A program made the translations under genes and the position numbers. A stretch of 64,000 bases of DNA from a virus. Taxonomy: Duplodnaviria > Caudoviricetes. Numbering within the stretch: the stretch's first letter is position 1; every line of letters begins with the position of its first letter. Below the pieces are notes generated by a model. That model saw only the letters and a program-made list of their open reading frames with translations, was not told where the DNA came from and ran no database searches. The stretch lies in IMG/VR virus record IMGVR_UViG_3300037067_018091, positions 23,700 through 87,699 of that record; one strand, written 5' to 3'. Below are positions 59,458-64,000 of the stretch, one piece after another.

Positions 59458-60070
59458 CCGGATTGATACTGCGGCATTAAACGAAAAAATTGATATCGTT
59501 TCGTTGGCGTTAGATTATGGATTAGATTTAATTCAACAATCAAACGGCGAATATATCTGTGTTTGCCCTTTTCATGCTGATGTTAATCCTAGTATGCGCA
59601 TATATCCAAATTCTAATTCATTCCATTGTTTTGGGTGCCAGGCGGGGGCCAGTATATTTGAATTTGTAATGCGAATGGAAAATATTGAATTTAAGGAAGC
59701 GTTATATAGATTGGCAGAACGCGCGGGGTATAATTCAACTTTTGTTCTACGGGATATTGAAATTCATGAAATGAATGAAAATTTTAATTCTCAACGGGAT
59801 CAAATTGAAAAAATATTGTATATAAGTGCAAAAAGAATTTACACAACTATTCTTAATTCTGGTATAGTATCGAAGAAAGTTTTATTTGAACGTTTTGAAA
59901 AGTTATGGTGTTGGTATGACCGACAACAATATATTTTTGATAAAAAACGGTTTATAGGCCAAGACTCGAATCAACTTGTTGTAATATTATATAGATTTCA
60001 TGAAGTATTTTTACAAAAACTTCAAGAATTGGAAAAAGAATTACTTCAAGGAGTAAATAATGTCGAATAA
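59375..60070 (+). CDS. Primase CHC2 zinc-binding domain protein without TOPRIM domain
   Basis: CPFHADVNPSM..FHCFGCQAG..IEFKEALYRLA; GTG start with AGGAG upstream. Confidence 0.85.
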   Translation: MPLKIRMQQETNPVQPQPNHQTTTQITDRIDTAALNEKIDIVSLALDYGLDLIQQSNGEYICVCPFHADVNPSMRIYPNSNSFHCFGCQAGASIFEFVMRMENIEFKEALYRLAERAGYNSTFVLRDIEIHEMNENFNSQRDQIEKILYISAKRIYTTILNSGIVSKKVLFERFEKLWCWYDRQQYIFDKKRFIGQDSNQLVVILYRFHEVFLQKLQELEKELLQGVNNVE

Positions 60071-60728
60071 CAATATTATGGGGATTATTGATGATACTGC
60101 AAATCAATTTTATACTACGAAAGATAAAAAACATTTTAATAAATTTGTTCATTGCGCAACGCCTATAATTAAAAAATTTATTTCTAAATCATGTATAGGA
60201 TCTAATTGGGATGCCGATGAACTTTTTTCCATTTTACTAGTTGATATGTGGCGACTTTTTAATAGTTGGCACCCTGTAGAAGGAAAACAATTTCATTGGC
60301 TTATGCTTCGACAATTACGAAATAAAATAATTAATTATATTCATACACAAACAGGCAGGCCCCATAAAATTTGTCCCGTATGCAATGTACGACAAGATGA
60401 ACAATCATTATATTGTCATAATTGTAAATCTTCATTACGGATATCAAATATAATTATATCAGATGCACATGAATTTTCTTCTCCACATTTTTCTGATTTT
60501 TTAACTGAAATTGCAAATAAACAATTAGTATCACAATTACTTAGTGAAGTTAAGAATGATCCTAAAACACATAGAATTTTAATAATGCTTTTGGAGGGTG
60601 AATCTAAAACCACAATAAGTGCAGCTGTTGGAATTGCTCAAAATGCGATAAATAATAGATTAAAAAAATGTCAAAAAATAATTAGTAGATTAATGGAGGA
60701 ATCCAATGCAATTGGCCGCAATAACTAA
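60060..60728 (+). CDS. Sigma70/ECF-like factor with a zinc ribbon between regions 2 and 4
   Basis: DADELFS..LRNKIINY (region 2-like); CPVC..CHNC; LLEGESKTTISAAVGIAQNAINNRLKK (HTH). Confidence 0.65.
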   Translation: MSNNNIMGIIDDTANQFYTTKDKKHFNKFVHCATPIIKKFISKSCIGSNWDADELFSILLVDMWRLFNSWHPVEGKQFHWLMLRQLRNKIINYIHTQTGRPHKICPVCNVRQDEQSLYCHNCKSSLRISNIIISDAHEFSSPHFSDFLTEIANKQLVSQLLSEVKNDPKTHRILIMLLEGESKTTISAAVGIAQNAINNRLKKCQKIISRLMEESNAIGRNN

Positions 60729-61242
60729 ACATCTTTCATTTGATTGCGCGCATTTTCTTCTAAATCCTAAATGGTCTCGAGAAGAAAATATGGCAAAATT
60801 TCATAAATGTTGTTTATATAAAGATGATGGGACGGAGGAGCCACACGGACACACATATCACATGGAGATAACTGTTTTTGGAATGGTTGATCCAGAAACG
60901 GGGTTTGTTATTGATTTCAAAGAATTGAAACGAATTTTAAAAGAAGGAGTTGTTGAAAGACTTGATCATAGATTAATTAATAATATTCCTTATTTTAAAG
61001 ATTATAATCGTCTTGCAACGGTTGAAAATATACTTCAATATATTTGGAAAGAAATAGCACCATCAATTGATGCGCTCCGTCCAAAATTGGCGCGATTACA
61101 GAAAATTAAAATTTGGGAAACCCCTGATTCATTTGCAGAACTTACTGATAAAGATATTGCATGGCAAGAACACGTCGCACAAGAACATCGGTGTTCTTGT
61201 GGCCAAAATGGTGCATGCGAACATTGTACAAAAAAGGACTAA
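60706..61242 (+). CDS. queD: 6-carboxy-5,6,7,8-tetrahydropterin synthase
   Basis: FDCAH; HGHTY; VIDFKELK; LDHRLIN; TVENI; WETPDS. Confidence 0.9.
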   Translation: MQLAAITKHLSFDCAHFLLNPKWSREENMAKFHKCCLYKDDGTEEPHGHTYHMEITVFGMVDPETGFVIDFKELKRILKEGVVERLDHRLINNIPYFKDYNRLATVENILQYIWKEIAPSIDALRPKLARLQKIKIWETPDSFAELTDKDIAWQEHVAQEHRCSCGQNGACEHCTKKD

Positions 61243-61246
61243 ACTG

Positions 61247-62086
61247 ATGGCTGATAAAGTTAATCGAGATACACTTCCCGATCTTCAAAATACAATAGAT
61301 CAACGCGGGAAATCTATTGAACGAGTTGGTATTGAAGGAATAAAGATTCCGCTTAAACTTCGACGAAAAGATCCCACTGATGGACTTTCTGAAAATGTTC
61401 AAGCTAATGTTTCTATGTATGTGAAAATAGATAAACAGTTTAAAGGCGTAAACATGTCACGTTTCATGGAAACATTAATGATGTATCAATCTGATACATT
61501 AACTTCTGATCATCTAGAAAAAATTATTACGGAGATGGTACAAAAGTTAGAATCGACCGATGGATATATTAAAATTGCTTTTCAGTATCCTATTATAAGA
61601 TTTGCGCCAGTATCAAGACGTCGCGGTGTACAATATTATGATGTTGCATTCATTGGAAGATTAATACAAAATAAGGATAATACTTTCAATTACGATTTTG
61701 TAATGGAAGTAACTATTATGGGTACAAATCTTTGTCCGTGTTCAAAAGAAATTTCGAATTATGGCGCACATAATCAACGAAATTGTATTCGGCTTCGATT
61801 TGTACCGAATGAAAATTTATGGTGGATTGAAGATGTAGTTGCAACTATAGAAACTCAAATTAGTTGTCCAATCTTTCCCGTACTTAAACGTGAAGATGAA
61901 AAATGGGTAACTGAAACCGCATATGAAAATCCTAAATTTGTTGAAGATGTGGTTCGAGATGTTGCACTTACATTGGATGAAATAGAAATTCAAAAATATG
62001 AAATCAAGAGCATCGCGGAAGAATCGATTCATCATCACAACGCGGTTGCTGTTTTAAAGCATAATTGGCATGATACTCCGGAATAA
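61247..62086 (+). CDS. folE2: GTP cyclohydrolase I, FolE2 type
   Basis: LPDLQN; GVNMSRF; LCPCSKEIS..GAHNQR; ENPKFVEDVVRD; ESIHHHNA; ATG at 61247 preferred to track 61067. Confidence 0.92.
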   Translation: MADKVNRDTLPDLQNTIDQRGKSIERVGIEGIKIPLKLRRKDPTDGLSENVQANVSMYVKIDKQFKGVNMSRFMETLMMYQSDTLTSDHLEKIITEMVQKLESTDGYIKIAFQYPIIRFAPVSRRRGVQYYDVAFIGRLIQNKDNTFNYDFVMEVTIMGTNLCPCSKEISNYGAHNQRNCIRLRFVPNENLWWIEDVVATIETQISCPIFPVLKREDEKWVTETAYENPKFVEDVVRDVALTLDEIEIQKYEIKSIAEESIHHHNAVAVLKHNWHDTPE

Positions 62087-62088
62087 TT

Positions 62089-62328
62089 ATGGATATTGAT
62101 GAAGAAAAACAATTCAAACAATATATAGATGATCAATTAAAAGGCCGTAAAGATGGTAAACACCATTGGTCTGGTTGGCCCGGAGCATGGTGTTTAGATT
62201 GCGGTTGTGCGGATCCTGCTGAAATTTGTATTGCGGGTGATACTGTAGATGATGATCATCCTGGATGGAAAGATTGTGAACATGCTGGAGAAAATCTTTT
62301 TAATCCTTATATAAAGAAAGAAAAATAA
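62089..62328 (+). CDS. Small Cys/His-rich hypothetical protein
   Basis: HHWSGWPGAWCLDCG..C..CEH. Confidence 0.55.
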   Translation: MDIDEEKQFKQYIDDQLKGRKDGKHHWSGWPGAWCLDCGCADPAEICIAGDTVDDDHPGWKDCEHAGENLFNPYIKKEK

Positions 62329-62329
62329 A

Positions 62330-62800
62330 ATGTCGACACCACGTAATGCTAATAATAAAAAAATTTCTAAAATGATACTTGATTGGCCCGCGTACCTAGA
62401 AGCAATAAAACGTATTTTTGCACAAATTGCACTTAAAAATGAAAAATTTGATATAGTTGTAGGTCTTTCACGTGGCGGACTTATTCCTGCGGTAATGTTT
62501 TCACATACATTTAATATTCCAATGATATCATTTAATCCGCATCTGCTTCATGTAAATGGGTCTCCGCGCGCCCCTATTAATTTAGATATTTCTCCCGCAA
62601 TAATTCGACGTATATTAATTATTGATGATATCTCTGATTCTGGTAAAACTCTTAATAAATCTATAAAATTTTTTGAAAATTGTGGGTTCATAGTTAAAAC
62701 CGCAACTGTATATACTAATGAGAAAACTTGCTGTATACCGAATTTTACTTTATGTACAATGAATAATTGGGTAACTTTCCCTTATGAGGAGAAAACATGA
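62330..62800 (+). CDS. Type I phosphoribosyltransferase (Gpt/Hpt-like)
   Basis: VGLSRGGLIPA; ILIIDDISDSGKT PRPP-binding loop; WVTFPYE. Confidence 0.88.
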   Translation: MSTPRNANNKKISKMILDWPAYLEAIKRIFAQIALKNEKFDIVVGLSRGGLIPAVMFSHTFNIPMISFNPHLLHVNGSPRAPINLDISPAIIRRILIIDDISDSGKTLNKSIKFFENCGFIVKTATVYTNEKTCCIPNFTLCTMNNWVTFPYEEKT

Positions 62801-63891
62801 ATGAGAAAAATTTAGCAGATTTTCAAGTTGTGGGCGAAAAAACCGCACAATTTAAATCATTTAATGATGCAATTAATGGATATGAACCATTTAGACTTAC
62901 AGTCGAAAGTGTTGCGACAAAAGATATATCATTAATCGGGGATAGTGTTGTCCAATTATGTCTTGGAACTACTACATATCCAATTACAGATTGGGGAATT
63001 AAATCATTGTGCAAACTTTTCGGGATTCCTAATCCGTTTGCGCGTAAAATTCCGTTTGATTTACTTCAACATAACATTCAACGGTTAACACAAACGTACA
63101 GTAAAACGCCTGAAATAAATATTTCACTTGATTCTGACGGACATGTTGTTGGGGTTACGCCTTTTGCATATCGCCCTTTACAAACGTATGATATTTTAAA
63201 AAATCTTGCAGAGACGTTTAAAACTGCATCTGAAATTGATATCAAACTAACTTCACATAATCTTTTTATGTACGCCTTAAGAAATTTAGTAAAGGATCTT
63301 GAACCGGTAACAGGAGATTTTACAAAAGTTGGTACCGTAATTACAAATTCTGAAGTTGGCGATCTAGACGCACATGCGAATTTATATTTACTTCGACTCA
63401 TCTGTACAAACGGTGCGGTCGTAGGAGATAAGTGGGGTAGAGTAGTTAGAAATAAAAATAATACGCTTTCTTATGAAAAAGTCTTGGAACAATTTATTCG
63501 TGGTTGCGGAATACTTGCTGGAAATCAGGCATCCCTGGAACAATGTTATAATCAACTTCCTCAAATAAGTTTGAATAGTTCACAATTTGTTCGAACTCAA
63601 AGAACTCTTCATACAGTATTGCGGGACAAAGATGAAGTTAATAGAATATTGAAAACTGATCCAGAAGAAATTAAGTCTTTCTTTATTCATGAGCGAATGC
63701 GCGGAAATCCTGATTCACTTCAATATGGAAGTGCTCCAATTGATACTAAAAAGAACGCATATGAAGTTTTCAATAATATGACTGAATCTGCGCGCGATCT
63801 GCCTAATTGGCGTCATGGATTTATTCTACAAAAATTAAGTGGAAAATATCTTTGGACATTAGCGCAAGATATGAAAGTACTTAATAATTAG
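62797..63891 (+). CDS. DUF932-like protein
   Basis: ITNSEVG..LYLLRLICTNGAV. Confidence 0.55.
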   Translation: MNEKNLADFQVVGEKTAQFKSFNDAINGYEPFRLTVESVATKDISLIGDSVVQLCLGTTTYPITDWGIKSLCKLFGIPNPFARKIPFDLLQHNIQRLTQTYSKTPEINISLDSDGHVVGVTPFAYRPLQTYDILKNLAETFKTASEIDIKLTSHNLFMYALRNLVKDLEPVTGDFTKVGTVITNSEVGDLDAHANLYLLRLICTNGAVVGDKWGRVVRNKNNTLSYEKVLEQFIRGCGILAGNQASLEQCYNQLPQISLNSSQFVRTQRTLHTVLRDKDEVNRILKTDPEEIKSFFIHERMRGNPDSLQYGSAPIDTKKNAYEVFNNMTESARDLPNWRHGFILQKLSGKYLWTLAQDMKVLNN

Positions 63892-63898
63892 GAAAACT

Positions 63899-64000
63899 AT
63901 GGAAGAAATTAAAGCAGTTGTCACTCTTAGTGGTGGCGCAGATAGTACTACACTTTTACATTTAGCAATGGCGGAATGTCAGGAAGTTGCAGCCATATCA
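63899..64000 (+). CDS. queC: 7-cyano-7-deazaguanine synthase, 3'-truncated by the window end
   Basis: Translated by hand: MEEIKAVVTLSGGADSTTLLHLAMAECQEVAAIS; SGGxDS motif near queD and folE2. Confidence 0.8.
   Translation, partial: MEEIKAVVTLSGGADSTTLLHLAMAECQEVAAIS

Noticed and set aside
62797-63891. DUF932-like gene as part of the deazaguanine pathway
   Set aside because: DUF932 proteins are common in phages without que genes; adjacency alone is not evidence

Overview
The window is a 64 kb internal segment of a large, AT-rich tailed bacteriophage genome (Caudoviricetes, contractile tail). All credible genes are on the + strand, densely packed, use the standard code and often carry GGAG(G) ribosome-binding sites. 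Three modules follow each other. (1) 1-34.9 kb, virion morphogenesis and lysis: scaffold-like protein, decoration protein, HK97-type major capsid, neck proteins, tail terminator, sheath, tube, chaperones, tape measure, baseplate hub/spike/wedges, fibres and appendages, GH108 endolysin. (2) 35.0-54.5 kb, a glycosylation island: about 11 glycosyltransferases, a dehydratase/aminotransferase/acyltransferase/methyltransferase sugar pathway, MgtC-like and PQ-loop-like membrane proteins, and many small ORFs. (3) 54.7-64 kb, replication and nucleotide modification: SF2 helicase, DnaC-like loader, MazG-like protein, DnaB, stand-alone primase zinc finger, sigma-like factor, QueD, FolE2, a phosphoribosyltransferase and the start of QueC. 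The strongest unexplained signals are: a Ser-Gly-Ser tripeptide counted by hand about 40 times in presumed virion proteins but only twice in the non-structural half, next to the glycosyltransferase island (candidate virion O-glycosylation system with its own sequon); ten otherwise unrelated small proteins sharing E-x-x-[IV]-Q-x-A-L-G, mostly near the N-terminus; a dockerin-like domain on a tail protein; and a preQ0 pathway with an embedded phosphoribosyltransferase. All family calls come from motif recognition by eye; no database searches were run.
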